64,000 nucleotides of DNA from Octopus vulgaris. Taxonomy: Eukaryota. The notes under the pieces were generated by a model. That model saw only the letters and a program-made list of their open reading frames with translations. It searched no databases and had not been told where the DNA came from. Location of the stretch: assembly GCA_951406725.2 (NCBI GenBank), contig OX597817.1:55614001-55678000 (forward strand), in the 5' to 3' direction. The position numbers were made by a program, and so were the translations under genes. Of the stretch, positions 28,739 through 44,549 are shown one piece after another (the stretch's first letter is position 1; each line of letters starts with the position of its first letter).

Positions 28739-28912
28739 GGCGGCGAGCTGGCAGAATATTTAGCGCGCCGGGCGAAATGCTTAGCGATATTTCATCTGCC
28801 ACTACATTCTGAGTTCAAATTTCTCGGAGGTTGAATTTGCCTTTCATCCTTTCGTGGTCGATAAATTAAGTATCAGTGAAACACTGGGGTGGATATAATC
28901 GACTTAATCCCT
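28739..28912 (+). mobile_element. SINE family A, 3'-truncated
   Basis: GGCGGCGAGCTGGCAGAAT head, GAGTTCAAATT B box and body. Confidence 0.8.
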
Positions 28913-28931
28913 TGTGCTTCCAGTAGAAAAG

Positions 28932-28985
<54 letters not shown>

Positions 28986-29267
28986 GTTGTTGTTGTTATT
29001 GTTGTTGTTGTTGTTGTTCTCCTTCTTCTTCTTCTTCTTCTTCTTCTACTTCTTCTTCGTCTTCTTATTTATGTTGTTGTCTTGTTGTTATTATTGTTGT
29101 TCTTTTTATAATTATTATCATTATTAGTACTATTATTATTATTATTATTATTATTATTGTTGTTGTTTTTATTATTATTATTATTATTGTTGTTGTTATT
29201 ATTATTATTATTATTATTATCAGTATTATTATTATTATTGTTATTATTATCACTATTATTATTATTA

Positions 29268-29311
<44 letters not shown>

Positions 29312-29323
29312 GTTATTATTATA

Positions 29324-29436
<113 letters not shown>

Positions 29437-29639
29437 ATATTGGCTCAAGTGAGCGGAGAGCAGGATTCGTCCATTACAAGCGATCATACCTTATCGAAAG
29501 AATGAAAGGCAAAGCCGACCCCGGCGGGATTTGAACTCAGTGCATTAAGAGCCGAAACAAATAGCGATAAGGCTTTCTTCTCCGTCCAGTCTCCTTCTGC
29601 CAATCCATAGACCATTGCGTAATAATAATAATAATGACG

Positions 29640-29676
<37 letters not shown>

Positions 29677-30978
29677 TGATGATTGATGATGATAATTAGG
29701 AAGGTGGTGATAATAATCACGGGGAAGCTGGTAAACGTTTGTTGATGTGCAGTTTGCTTTGGACGTAAACATGTTGATTCAAACATTTGTTGGATGTAGG
29801 TGGGATTATGGTGGTGGTGGAGGTGGTGATCGTAGTGGTGGCGGCGGCGGTGGCTGCATTGCTGTTGTTGTTGTTGTTGTTGTTGTTGGTGGTGGTGGTG
29901 ATGGTAGTGGTGGCAGCGGTGTTAGCTGTGGTGTTGGTGGTGGTGGTGGTGATGATGGTAGCGGTGACGGGGGTGTTAGCTGTGGAATTGTTGGTGGTGG
30001 TGGTGATGATGGTGGTGTTGGCTGCGGCTGTGGTGGTGGTGGTGATGGTAGTGGTGGTGGTGGTGATGGTGGGGGTGATGGTAATGGTGGTGGTGGTGTT
30101 AGCTGTGGAGTTGTTGGTGGTGGTGTTAGCTGTGGAGTTGTTGTTAGTGGTGATGATGGCGGTGTTGGCTGCGGCTGTGGTGGTGGTGGTGATGGTGGTG
30201 GTGGTCGTGGTGGTGGTGGTCGTGGTGGTGGTGGTCGTGGTGGTGGTAGTGGTGGTGGTGGTGGTGGCGGCGGTGGTGGTGATGCTTGTTTTGATGATAT
30301 GAGGTTTGCTTGGAATTGGATGGTTGCTGGTGGCGGTGGTGGTGGATGAATGTAATGATGTTAGCAGCGGCGGCGTTGGCGGGGGCGGCGTACAAGGACC
30401 GAGGTGACCGTAGTCATCGATGCTCTCGTTGTTGCATAGGTTGATGTTTATAACAGTAGTATCCATGTTGATGGTGGTGGCGGTGTTGGTGGTGTGGTGG
30501 GGTTTGTGGCAGTGTTGGTGGTAGTGCTAACTGTAATGAATGATATTAATTAATGTTGCTATCATTGTTGTGGTAGTGGCAGTAGTAGCTGTAGTGACGG
30601 TAGTAGCAGTAGTGACGGTAGTAGCAGTAGTAGTGGTAGTAGCAGCAGTGGTGGAAGTAATGGTAGTGGTGGTGGCGACGGTAGTGGTGGTAATGAGGGT
30701 GATAGTAGTCGTTGACGTAATGATGGTGATTGTGTTGATGTTGATACCGGTGGTGGCGCTAGTGGAGTTTGTTGGTGGTAGTGTTGATTCCGTGTTGTTG
30801 TGGTGGTGGTGGTGGTGGCGCTTGTTGAAATCCGTAGTTGCGGCGGCGATGGTAGCGATTATGCTTGTGAAGAGATTCATGGTGAAAGTGATAATGTGGG
30901 TGGCAATGGGGTGGCAGAAGCTGGAGATGAGTGGAGTGATTATGTTGGTGGTGCTGATGATGGAAGGTGATGTTTAGG

Positions 30979-31180
30979 GTGATGATGGCTGGGGTAGGAA
31001 CGATGGAGATGGTGATGGTGGCGGCATTTAAGGTGATGATGGTTAGGGTAGGAACGATGGAGATGGTGATGGTGGCTGCATTTAAGGTGATGATGGTTAG
31101 GGTAGGGGTGATGGAGTTGGTGATGGTGGCGGCATTTAAGGTGATGATGGTTTGGGTAGGGGTGATGGAGTTGGTGATGT
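30979..31180. repeat. 54-bp minisatellite, about 3.8 copies
   Basis: Units start at 30979, 31033, 31087 and 31141 (GTGATGATGGTTAGGGTAGG...GGCATTTAAG). Confidence 0.9.
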
Positions 31181-31533
31181 TGGGGGGGTAAATCCAATGT
31201 AGTACTAAAGAGTGGGTGGAGCAGTAGTTTGTGACGCGGTAGCAATTTTGGTAATAGTTGTTGTGTAACTTCCTTTGGAGATGTCGAGTTAATGGGTTTG
31301 GCTTGCAAACTATGGAAATAAATAAATAAATAACTAGGTGTACGCTCATACAAACACGCGCAAAGGGACTAACATACGCAGGCAAGACACATACAGATAC
31401 ACACACACGTTCACACAAACACGCATGTACAAACACATACACACACATTTATTTATATATGTGTGTACCTGTCTGTATATACATAGATGTTTACTTACAT
31501 ACGTAAATGCGTGTGTAGAAATATATATATATA

Positions 31534-31589
<56 letters not shown>

Positions 31590-31686
31590 CCTGCATACAT
31601 AAGTGTGAAAAGAGAGCACCTACCTATGCTTATACTCGTTCACATGCATGCATGTAAGGTAGTATATGTTTGTGTGTGTATGTATG

Positions 31687-31723
<37 letters not shown>

Positions 31724-31744
31724 TTGTATATATATGTGTGTATA

Positions 31745-31796
<52 letters not shown>

Positions 31797-33781
31797 CATG
31801 TATGTATATATATATATATATGCATACAAATATACATACATACCCGCGTATAGATTTTCACATAAATGAATATATATGTATTTAGTTGTGTGCATGTGCT
31901 CATATTCACCTGCATATACGCACATTTATGATACAATGCATGTGCATACACACATGTACATTCCGACGCTTATACATAAACACCGACACACACACACAAA
32001 CAAACAACTGCTGATTCAGATACACACATACATACATGCATACATTCATACATACATACATGCCTACATACATACATACATACATACATACATACATACA
32101 TACATACATACATACACACGAACACATTTGGTGAGAAACTTTTGGTTCGAATTTACGCGCCGTTCACAAACCCGTCTTTGGTCGGCTGAACAAAAGTCTT
32201 CAAGCTGGAATGGAACATCCAACAGCGTGACTGCTCTCCACACTTCGATGGACACAAGCGAGTTCAGCGAAGCGTGGTTTTCCTGTAAATAACCACCACC
32301 ATAACTTTCATTCTGCTCAACTTGCTTGCTAGGTTGTCTCACCTGAAATGCTGTGTCACTGATGGTGGTGACGGCGGCGGCAATGATGGTGGTGGCGGTG
32401 GCGGTAGGTGGTGGTGGTGGTGGTGGTTGTGGTATGTGGTGATTGTGCCGATGGTTGATGTTGTTTATGAGGGGTGGGTGCATCCTGTGGTTGTGGTGGC
32501 GGCGTTTGTTTGTCGGTCGGTCGGTCGGTTGGTTGGTTGGTAGTGATGTGTTGGTTGTTGGTGGGGAAGGTGGCGGTGTTGTGGTGAGGAAATGAGATGT
32601 GTTCGTGATTCTTGTGATTGTGGTGGTGGTGATGATGGTGGTTTTGGGGATGTTTGCATCATTGTGGGGGCGGTTCTGATGGTGCGGGAGATCTAAGGTG
32701 ACTGAGACGATAGAAGACAAGGTGAAGTTGAAGGTATCGGGAAGGGTTGTGGTGCAGCGACATAGTGGTAGTGATGGCGGAGGTGGTGGTGGTGGTGGTG
32801 GTGGTGGTGATTGTGGTGAGGTTACAATTGGCAATGGAGGCGGTATATGTAGTAGTGTGGTGACGGCGAGGGTAGAAGTGATGGTGGTGCTGACGATGAA
32901 GATGGAATGATTAGTGATGATGTTGCTACTACTGATGATGATGATGATGATGCTGACGACGACGACGATGACGATGACGACGACGACGATGACGATCACG
33001 ACGACGATGATGATGATGATAATGATGATGATGACGATGACGACGACGATGATGATGATGATGATGATGACGATGACGATGACGATGACGACGACGACGA
33101 TGATGATGATGATAATTTTAGATGAGTTGTAGGGCTGGAAGTTGATGTCCTGGTGAAGGTGCAGTGTTTTGGGGTTGGTAGAGAGATTGGTGGTGGGGGT
33201 TTCTGAATATCTTTGATATAGTGTCAGGTATGATGGAATGTTGTTAGTGGTTGTGTTGGGATGTGGGTGGTGGATGGGGTGGTGTAATTGTAGTGGTGGT
33301 GGCGGTTGTGGCGGTGGTGGTGGTGGTGGTGGTGGTGGTGGTGGTGGTGGTGGTGGTGGTGGTGGTGGCGCTTGTGGTGGTGGTGGTGGTGATGGTGTTG
33401 GTGGTTGTGGTGTAGGTGGTGGCGCTGCTGCTGAAGCTGGTGCTGATGCTGGTGGCGGCGGTAGTAGTTGTAGTATGTGATGGTTATGAAGATTTAGTTT
33501 CTCGATGTTGTTTACGTGTGGGGTGTAGTGTAAGGATAGTTGTGTGTGTGTGTGTGTGTATGTGTGTGTGTACATGTGTGTGTCTGTGTGTGTGCGTGTA
33601 AGAATGGTGACCTGAAGAACGTATGTGAAAATATAACAGAGTAAGAATGATAGGAATAGGTAAGGATAAAGATGTTGAATCAACTGGAACGGTTCATTGA
33701 AGAATTGCGAAAGATAGAATGCATGGAGACAGAGAGGGGGGATTGGCGAAAGAATAGAGAAGCATATGGATAGGCAGAGAA

Positions 33782-33835
<54 letters not shown>

Positions 33836-33839
33836 CGCG

Positions 33840-34033
33840 TTATTAATAAAGCTGCAGAGACATCGTAAAAACTGTTACTCAGAGTTTTACGTTCCCGACG
33901 AACAGGAACGGGAAACTCTGAGTAACTGATTTCGTGATGTGTTTGCAGCTTTAACAATAAATCATATTACTCTACCTCCGGTATTCGAGTGCTACTTCTT
34001 CCATCCTGCTACACAGTTATATGTTTAATCTGG
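33840..34033 (+). mobile_element. Penelope-like terminal repeat with foldback and disrupted hammerhead
   Basis: Hairpin 33840-33960 contains CCGACGA...GAAAC-TCTGA-GTA, then AATAAA. The 3' part is homologous to the reverse complement of 48418-48530. Confidence 0.6.
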
Positions 34034-34115
34034 TATGTATACATATATATATATATATAGCAAATAAGAAAATGGAGAAGCACATTAATTGGTTCATCAA
34101 CTTTAGGACATTCAA

Positions 34116-34154
<39 letters not shown>

Positions 34155-34172
34155 TATGTAAATCTATATATG

Positions 34173-34223
<51 letters not shown>

Positions 34224-34236
34224 CTATATATGTAAA

Positions 34237-34281
<45 letters not shown>

Positions 34282-34854
34282 AGAGAGATAAACAGACAAA
34301 CACAGAGTAAGGTTATTTTACTCCGGCCATCGAGTTCAAAGAGTCGAACGAGTGACCTCTACCGTTAAGAATTTAGAGGTGCGAAACCAACGGTAAATCT
34401 GACAGTCCATAACCAACATCCATTTAAGTGTATCATATCATATATATTTGCGTATGTATGTATGTATGTATTATGTATGTATGTATGTATGTATGTATGT
34501 ATGTATGTATGTATGTATGTATGTATGTATGTATGCATGCATGAATTTAGGTAGGTAGGTAGGTAGGTAGGTAGGTAGGTAGGTAGGTAGGTAAGTAGTT
34601 ATGTAGGTAGGTAGGTAGGTAGGTAGGTAGGTAGGTAGGTAGGAATATGTAAGTAACAATACGCAAAATTTAAGCAAATAGCTCACAGTTACCAGTGGCA
34701 TGTGTTTGAACAAATATAAGTGCATCAAATACCATTGATAGGCCGGTATATAGCTAGATAGATAGGCAGGAAAAGAAGATCAGTAAGACGAGAAGGTATA
34801 TACGTAGACATACTTCATATATAGGGTGCGTGTGTTTGTGCATGTATATGCGTT

Positions 34855-34886
<32 letters not shown>

Positions 34887-35527
34887 CGTGTTTGGTGTGT
34901 GCATGTAGATTTTGTATACATGTCAAATTATATACATTACACTGAAGGACTACATAATCCTTTTTTTAGTACAGAATGTTTTCATGAAATCTTTAGTAAG
35001 AAAAGGTGATGATGACTACGAATTTTGGGGTTGTATCTCTTCGTCAGCCGTGCTATACTATGTTAGTTTGTACTTGTACCTTTTGACTATATAGGGTCTT
35101 TTTGGCAAGATGTTTCTGTGAGGGAAGAAGGACTACGTACAGTTATGTGAAATGGATTGGAAAGCAGTATAAGTTTGTAGGGTGTGGTTGATGATAAGTT
35201 AATGCTAGCAAATATTATCTGGTCTGATGTGGGAATTGCAATATGGTCTACAGTTCTGTTAACTGTGGAGACAATTCTGTAAGGAGTTGCGTCAAATTCA
35301 AGTCAGATTATTCTTTCTTCGGTAAGATGGATTTAGTACCTGTGTATGTGAGTGATGTGTGTGTGTGTGTGCTTCGGTGGGTGCGTGTGTGTGCGTAAGT
35401 GCGTGCGTGTGTTAGTATGTCCTTTAGGGTTCTGAAAAGAATTGTTTTTATCGGAAGTAGTTGGCCACCCAGCTTACATACGTATACTATGAATGCGTAT
35501 ATCTATCTATATATTTCTCTCCCTGTC

Positions 35528-35564
<37 letters not shown>

Positions 35565-35624
35565 ATGTGTATATATTCATATACATACTTAGATAGATAT
35601 ACGGTGATATATATATGTTTGTGT

Positions 35625-35678
<54 letters not shown>

Positions 35679-36905
35679 ACTCATATCCATACATATACTT
35701 TCAAACATACAAGCATATACATGTGATGGGCTGCCGCCCCCTTCAGGGTTTCAACGACAAGACATTGATCAGCCTGAAAATATAGAAGTAGAAACTAACG
35801 CAACCGCTACTCTGAGGCAGTAAACAACTATGAAAGGCCAAAGAATTAGTCAAACTTTACATTTCTACAATGAAGAAATGAATATATCCTATCCGTACAT
35901 TACACGTTCATTAATTTAGATTTCAGGTTTACAACAGGGAACATTAATTTCAATGTGCTGCCACTGCTCTTTCAGTGTACATTTGGATCTTTGGTATTAT
36001 GATAATCTAGGGTATCAATAGAGTGATATAGGTGATAGGGTTACTGTAATTTTCCTATACGTATGTGAAAATTCATATACATATACGTTTCTGACTTTTC
36101 CTCTCTTAATATGATATAGGCATGGATGTTTAAATATGTGTGTGTGTGTGTGTGTGTGTGTGTCAGAAACTTCTGTAATGTGATGAAGTGCATGATAAGA
36201 TTTCTTATTCCCTCGCCATTTCATGTCATATCTATATCATTATTTGTATCTATATGTGTGTGTGAGTGTGTGTGTATGTGTGTGTTTGTGTATATATATA
36301 TATACATTTATATATACATATATATATACAGAGAGGGGGAGAAAGAGGGAGTATAATAGAAAGGTGAACATCGTAGTGATTATGTAGAAAATGGTTCAGT
36401 CGCATTTACAGAGTTAAGGAGAAAGTCAGTCATCAAAAGTGCGAGGGAGAAGAGAAAAGACAAACAGATTGATAGAGGAACCAGAGGGAGTGGCGAAAAG
36501 GAGGGAAGGAAAATGGCAGCAGACAAGAATGTGTATGGTGTATACATTCGAGTTTTCAAAGATGGAAACACCTGGAATCCGTAGAGAGATTATTGAAAGT
36601 GATACAGGCGGTGTGTACAGCTAAGGTGAGATAACTATGATTGAATGCATAGGTTCCCTGTACTTTTGTTACGAAGGGATTGCTTCGAGTATCTCTGTCT
36701 CTCCGCTCATTCCTGAATCTCTAATTATCCCTTACCACGTCTCTTTCTTTCATTTTCTCTCTTTCACTCTGTCTGTCTGTCTGTCTCTCTCTGTCTCTCT
36801 CTCTCTCTCTGACTCTCTTAATTTCTCTCCCTCACTCTCTTCCCGTCATTCCCCTTCGGCTAATGCACCTCTGTGAAGGTTTTGTATGTCTCTTGTTCTT
36901 AAATG

Positions 36906-37001
<96 letters not shown>

Positions 37002-37051
37002 ATATGAACTTATATAAACATTTATGTGTACATACATATATATATACATGC

Positions 37052-37086
<35 letters not shown>

Positions 37087-37204
37087 TATATATGGACATC
37101 TATATATATATATATATAAACACATATGTACATACATACATATATATATATACTAATATATATTCTGAAAGATACACATTTGTATATACTTATATACACA
37201 CACA

Positions 37205-37243
<39 letters not shown>

Positions 37244-37569
37244 CATACACACACACACACACACAGTACACACACATATTATATATATATATATATATAT
37301 ATACATACACATATATATATATACATATACATATATATATTTATATATATATATATAAATAGTAACGAATGAGTGCGCATGTGTGCATGATTGTGCGTGT
37401 GTGTGTGTGAGTGTTTGTGTGCGAGCGTGTGTCGTTTTATCATACTTGATTTGTCCTCAGGTTATGGTCATACCGGGGCCGCACCATTTTATGTTCTAGC
37501 ACACAAACAACATTATATTATATTACGATATCATTCTATTCTGTATTCTGCATATATGTACATACGTAT

Positions 37570-37638
<69 letters not shown>

Positions 37639-37718
37639 TATGTCTATATATATATACATATACATACACACATATATATATATATATATATATATCGATA
37701 TACATATTTATATGCATT

Positions 37719-37753
<35 letters not shown>

Positions 37754-38298
37754 GTTTTATATATATCGATATATATACATCTATGTATATATGTAGCAAG
37801 AGGTAGAGTGGAAGAGCGAAGTGGGGAGCAATGAAACAAAAAGCTTCAACAAAGGAAATAAACAAATGGCGGAGGGGGAGATTTTAGGAGAAGAAACGTA
37901 AAAAAAAATTGAAGAATAAAGTGTTAAGTGGCAATTCTGGGGTAGAATGGTGTGGTGACCAGAAAATGGTGTAGTGTGGGGTGGCTGCAGATGTTGGAAT
38001 GTGGAGGAGCAGAAGTTCAACGAAGCAAGGTGAATCCTGGATGAAATGAGAAAGTTTTCAAAGCAAGACACGCCACCATTCCTAACGTGTGATGTTATAG
38101 TGTTTGATCAAAGCGGATTCCTGGGAAACCGTTTCAAGCAAAGAAAAATTTGGAAGCAGTTAGATTACGGTATGGTCGATTGGTGGGTGGGTGGTTTGGT
38201 GGGTTGATGGCTTTGTGGGCTGGTAGTGTTGGTGGTGGTTGTGGTGGTGGTGCCTGGAGGTTGTTGCTCATGGTGGTGGTTGATGAGAAACGAAAACA

Positions 38299-38672
38299 TC
38301 AAGATGCAAACAAATATAAGTCTGTGCGTGTGTATGATATGGGGAGCGTATGCATGTACGCATACATATAATATATATATATGTGTGTGTGTGTGTATGT
38401 ATGTATATTTATATATATATAATATACATACATATAATAAGCATATATGTATATATACATATATATACTATAAATATGTATATATATATATATATCTATA
38501 AACACATATGTATGTACATATATCAATGCATACATATCATATACATATATACATATATATATATACACACATAACATAAATATACATATATATCTATATA
38601 TACACACAAATATTCCAAGATGAAAACAAATATAAGTCTGTGCGTGTATATGATATGTGGAGTGTACGTATT

Positions 38673-38736
<64 letters not shown>

Positions 38737-38870
38737 CTATACATATATAAATATATATATACATAGTACGCATATATGTATATATATCTAAAAACAGATA
38801 TGTATGTACATATATCTATGCATATATATCTTATATATATAAATATATATGATATATAAATATACATATA
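38299..38870. repeat. Diverged tandem duplication, period about 320 bp
   Basis: CAAGATG(C/A)AAACAAATATAAGTCTGTGCGTGT at 38299 and 38617, with matching downstream blocks. Confidence 0.75.
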
Positions 38871-39097
38871 TATATAAGTATACATGTATATTTATATATA
38901 CACACACAATCATATATATATATGTCTGTATTATATAAGGGTATGTATATATTTATGTGTGTTTCTATGTAAGTACGTACGTGTGTGTATATACACTCGC
39001 TTCATCATATATATGTATCTTTAAAAGAAACGATGATATATGTAGATTAGACTTGGGTGTTTATGTGTGAATGTTTGCATAGAAGTATATATATATG

Positions 39098-39129
<32 letters not shown>

Positions 39130-39566
39130 CTAATACGCAACCTTCTGCGTTGTTACATATACACGCGCACACAAAATACACACATATATATATATATAAG
39201 TAAATACACGCACACACACACGCGCACATACACACACGTATATATATAAATATACAGACGTAGATACATATTTTTGTGTATATGTATGTGAATACATATA
39301 TGTATATACATATATAATGTATAAATTCTTGTATACGATACTGTATATAGACTTGTATTAGATGATTATATATTTACGGATGTCTGTATACGTATATATA
39401 CACACACATACACACATATTCACAGAGACACACATACGCACACAAATATATATATATATACATATATATATATACATATATATGTGTGTGTGTGTATGTA
39501 TGTATGTATATATATGTATATACATATAAACATAATACATCATAGGCATACATATATATGCATTTG

Positions 39567-39649
<83 letters not shown>

Positions 39650-39865
39650 TGTGTATGTGCGTGTGAGTATGTGTGTGTTTGATTCAATGTCTGCGAGTTA
39701 CGAAACACAGATATTCCATGTGAGGTAAAGACATGCTTGGAAAGTTTCTTCACTTTACTCAAGATTTCTCCATGCTTCACTCAACACGATGGAGAAATTC
39801 ACCTCTGATTTAATTTTGGACAAAATATTTTATTTCCCTATCTACCTACCTACCTACCTACCTAC

Positions 39866-39947
<82 letters not shown>

Positions 39948-39952
39948 CTCCA

Positions 39953-40021
<69 letters not shown>

Positions 40022-40240
40022 GCGTGTTTGTGCTTGTATATATCACTGCGTATATATATACATCACTATCTACCTATCTGTCTGTATGTATGTATTTATA
40101 CATATATGTGAGTGTATGTGTGTGTCTAGCTATCTATCTTGCTACCAAATTATTCATTTGTGAATCCTTCCTTGTTTCTATCTATCAAGCCGTCTGTCTT
40201 CAATGTACATATGTGTGTATGTCTATAACTATGTTTTCAT

Positions 40241-40320
<80 letters not shown>

Positions 40321-40722
40321 TCTATCTATCTATTTGCATGTGTGTGTGTGCTTGTCTATCTATCTATCTATCTATCTATCTATATATATATATATATATA
40401 TATATCTACCGACCTGCCTATGTATCCATGAAATAATATGAAAATCAATATATCTATGCATCTATCTACCGGTTCCCCCTACCTACCTACTTTGGTAATT
40501 CCTGCCTATGTATATGGCCATCTAACTTGTTGGAATTTCACGAAAATCTCTCTACCTATCTTTCTCTCCTTCTGTCTTCAATTCACCGCTTTCCTCACCC
40601 TCCTCTTTCTCTTTTCAATTATACATACTTACCTACATACATAAATATATATATGTATACATATATAAGTTGTATATATATCATATTTACGCATGTATGC
40701 ATACATACACACACACACACAC

Positions 40723-40855
<133 letters not shown>

Positions 40856-40972
40856 TACATATACATTATAGCGTGTACTTCTTTGCGGTCTAGGTATAAA
40901 GATGAAAAGAATATATTCAAATACATTGACATAGTGCAATAACGTAATAAATATACAGAGACACATGTCGAG

Positions 40973-41008
<36 letters not shown>

Positions 41009-41121
41009 GTATACACACACACACACACTTGCAGATTAATCAGAAACAAGAAATGATATATGAACTTGAGTATGTTGGTATGTCTCGGTATATATATATA
41101 TATATATATAAAAACATATAT

Positions 41122-41175
<54 letters not shown>

Positions 41176-41446
41176 TAGATATATAAACATACATACATAT
41201 AAATATATATGTATATATATATATACATTCACAAGTATACAGATATATAAACATGCACATATATATATATATATGTTTGTATATATATATATACATATAT
41301 ATTTGTATGTTCCTATGTATATATGTATATATATATATATATATATAAACGGGAAGCTTTATGAAAATAGACAAAAGACGAAGGCAGGTGGAAAACAAAC
41401 GAATAATTGTATTAGTATGGCGCTCAGGAAATATAAATAAAACAAG

Positions 41447-41484
41447 TCTTTAATGTTTCGAGCCTACGCTCTTCAACAGAAAGA
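41447..41484 (-). ncRNA. Minimal hammerhead motif, A6U variant with a stem III mutation, within repeat 41350-41670
   Basis: TCTTT-CTGTTGA-A-GAGC-GTAG-GCTC-GAAACATT-AAAGA. Stem I TCTTT/AAAGA. Confidence 0.5.
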
Positions 41485-43482
41485 TACACAGAGAGAAAAA
41501 AAACACAGAAAGAAGGAGAGAAAAAAAAATGCGTGCAGTAGCTAACGAATCAACATGGCGATCTGATTTCGGCCAGAGGTCAAAGATCAAACATGAGACG
41601 CGAGAGCGAAATAATGGGAGATAATAGGGTTGATAATAGGGTTGATAATAGGGTTGAAGGACCAGCTAATAGTGCGTAGGAGGGGTCTGGACGTATACAC
41701 ACGCACTGATACATATATGGATGTTCGTACATACACATATATCTGTGTGTATATGTGTAAATGTTTAGCAGACCTACAGTATCTTGCTTCGAATCTCGCA
41801 TGCGATGTTAAAACTTTTTTCTGCTCTGTCGTTGCAGAAATTCATTTTAATAAATCATTTTTCTTTTTTTTTTTTTTGTTTTGTAATTATCTGAAATACC
41901 TACTTTCGTTGACGTTGTTCTATTACAAGTCTCTGGCTAACCTTAGTTAATTCCTTTTGCTCATTTTTGTTGAAATTGTGCAAATTTGAAAGTGTTTTTC
42001 CAAAAGTGCATTTGAGAAATTTATTAATCTCAAAGACGTACAAATCTCTAATCTCTGACGCTGGTGGTTGGTGGTCTTGATGGTGTTTATCTTTAAGATG
42101 GCGTTGGTCATGTCCAGTTATGATTAACACCATAACCAAAGAATTTCAATTTTTAATTTTAAGAAAAATTTATGAAGGAAAGAGAAGGCATGCAACCGAA
42201 CCACTTGGAAACTGCATTCCAGGTCGCAAGCTGTTGGGTTTGATTCAGTGTTTGGGAAGTCCATTCTGTCTCAGTAAACTCGTCTGGCAAAAATGAATAT
42301 GAAATTGCCAGATCGTCCGGCAAGTGTTATTTTCAAGTCAGTAAAACGAAGACAAAACTTCAACCAAGAAGGATTCATCGAGCGGACGAATCTTATATTC
42401 TAACATCATTCTATACTCTCCTTTATGTCTACGAAATCGTGTAACCAGCTGCGTGCTTTGTGTATCCGGCTTAAATTGTGTCATCGTTGGTCCAGTATCT
42501 GGACCCACGCTATTAGCGGCCTTCAGTAAGGTACCACATTTCAGGTTTCTCTTGTACTATGTTCCATCCGGTTACTCATGCAGCTCTCCCTCCATGTTAT
42601 ATGTTAAATTTTCCGCTACGTTAAAGTTGGGGGACCGAAAAGGCATCTATGACTGCGCATAGAAACCTAAGAATAATTAGGGAAACCATAGCAAACGTGA
42701 ATGAATTGCACTCTATCCAGCCGAGAGTAATGACAGATTATAAGTCCTCAATTCACGATATACCATAATAAGAGATACATACAGTCCTTAATGCACTACA
42801 CTTAGAAAGAAAAAAAGATTGTGATGAAATATCATAGTCTAAGTCAAACTGATCTAGACCTAAATAACAATAGCAACGTATCAAGAATTTGATTTCTTAT
42901 ACTAAGTCACGCTGCCCTAGCAGAAGTGAGCCTTATGAGTATGGTACGAAATGAATGAAAAACTCGGTGGGATATCGCTATTTTTCAGGAAGTCAAGTGA
43001 GAAGAAGTTAAACATTGAGGGTATAGGAATTCAATCATGGTTTGTTTAATAACCATTCATGTAATTTAGGCTGAAAACCTGTACTTTTGGGTGGGGGAGA
43101 AGAATTAGTCGCTGACATTGAATCGAATACTTGACGAACAGATTAAATTCTCGCCAATCTAGTGAAGGAGTTTGACCTCGACAGGATTTGAACTTCGAAA
43201 AGTAAGAGATGGAAAATACCTTGGTGCTAGCGATTCTGCCGATCCTGAAAAACCAAAGACCATAAAAAAAAGAGAGACAAATACGTCAATATCAAAAGTC
43301 ATAAATAAAATTCATGTATTCGCCTGCATGCATATATCCTATATTTCTAGACAGATATGAACATATATATATATATATATATATAGACACTCACACATTT
43401 ATGTATTTATATACGTGTATACACACACATACAGGCACATACATACATACTAAAATACATATATATATAAATAAATAAATAA

Positions 43483-43513
<31 letters not shown>

Positions 43514-43667
43514 GTCAAAGTATTCTACTAAAACAGACTTCAATGTAAACGTGTTATGATATTTTATATTATTACAGCATCTCAGGGAATCTCTGAATAT
43601 TGATCAGTATTGGAAACTGAATCTAAATATTTGTGCTCTCCCCATGTGCGCGCACACACACACACAC

Positions 43668-43701
<34 letters not shown>

Positions 43702-44160
43702 ATACGTACATCCTTGTGTTTATGACTTTTATCATATTCCTCTCCATCACTTTTTTTACCCTCATCCTCTCCCTGTGTCTCTGTTTTAGTTTTCATCTCA
43801 TGCTATTCCTCACACACACACGCACATATATAAAACATGCACAAATATAAACGCACAAACACGTACGCACCCACATAGACGGAGGAAAAGAGAGAATGCT
43901 TCTAGAACAGACAGGTCGAACGAGATTTCCTCTCCATGAATTTGTGGCAACATCAAAAAGAATTCTGAGATTTATTTCATGTTCTTCGAAAATAACGTTG
44001 GTAAGATGTTCATACCTCTTGTTGATTTCTTACATATTGATATCAACAATCAGAGACACACACACATATATAAATATACGCATTCACACATACGCACATA
44101 CATACATATAGATATACAAACATGCATGCATGTGTGTATGTGTATATATATGTATATATA

Positions 44161-44285
<125 letters not shown>

Positions 44286-44549
44286 TGAGCCGTTGGTTTG
44301 TGGTGATGTGGTCAAGTTGTTCGTTTTGCAATCAGAAGTTTCTGCGTTCGCTCCCATTTTGCAGCACATTCTTCTTGTCCCTCTCTGATATTTTTGGGGA
44401 TTTTAACACAGCAAGACATTAAGCGATGTTAGCTCAGGTTAAATATTTTATTAACAGACCTATGAAGAGTATTCATTCATGTACTATGATACATATATAG
44501 GTACTTTAATCAAATACTGGCTCAGTTGGGAATACCGTATGTATCTTTT

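Noticed and set aside
32064-33683. 539-aa proline-rich ORF
   Set aside because: Concatenated low-complexity tracts with no coherent protein.
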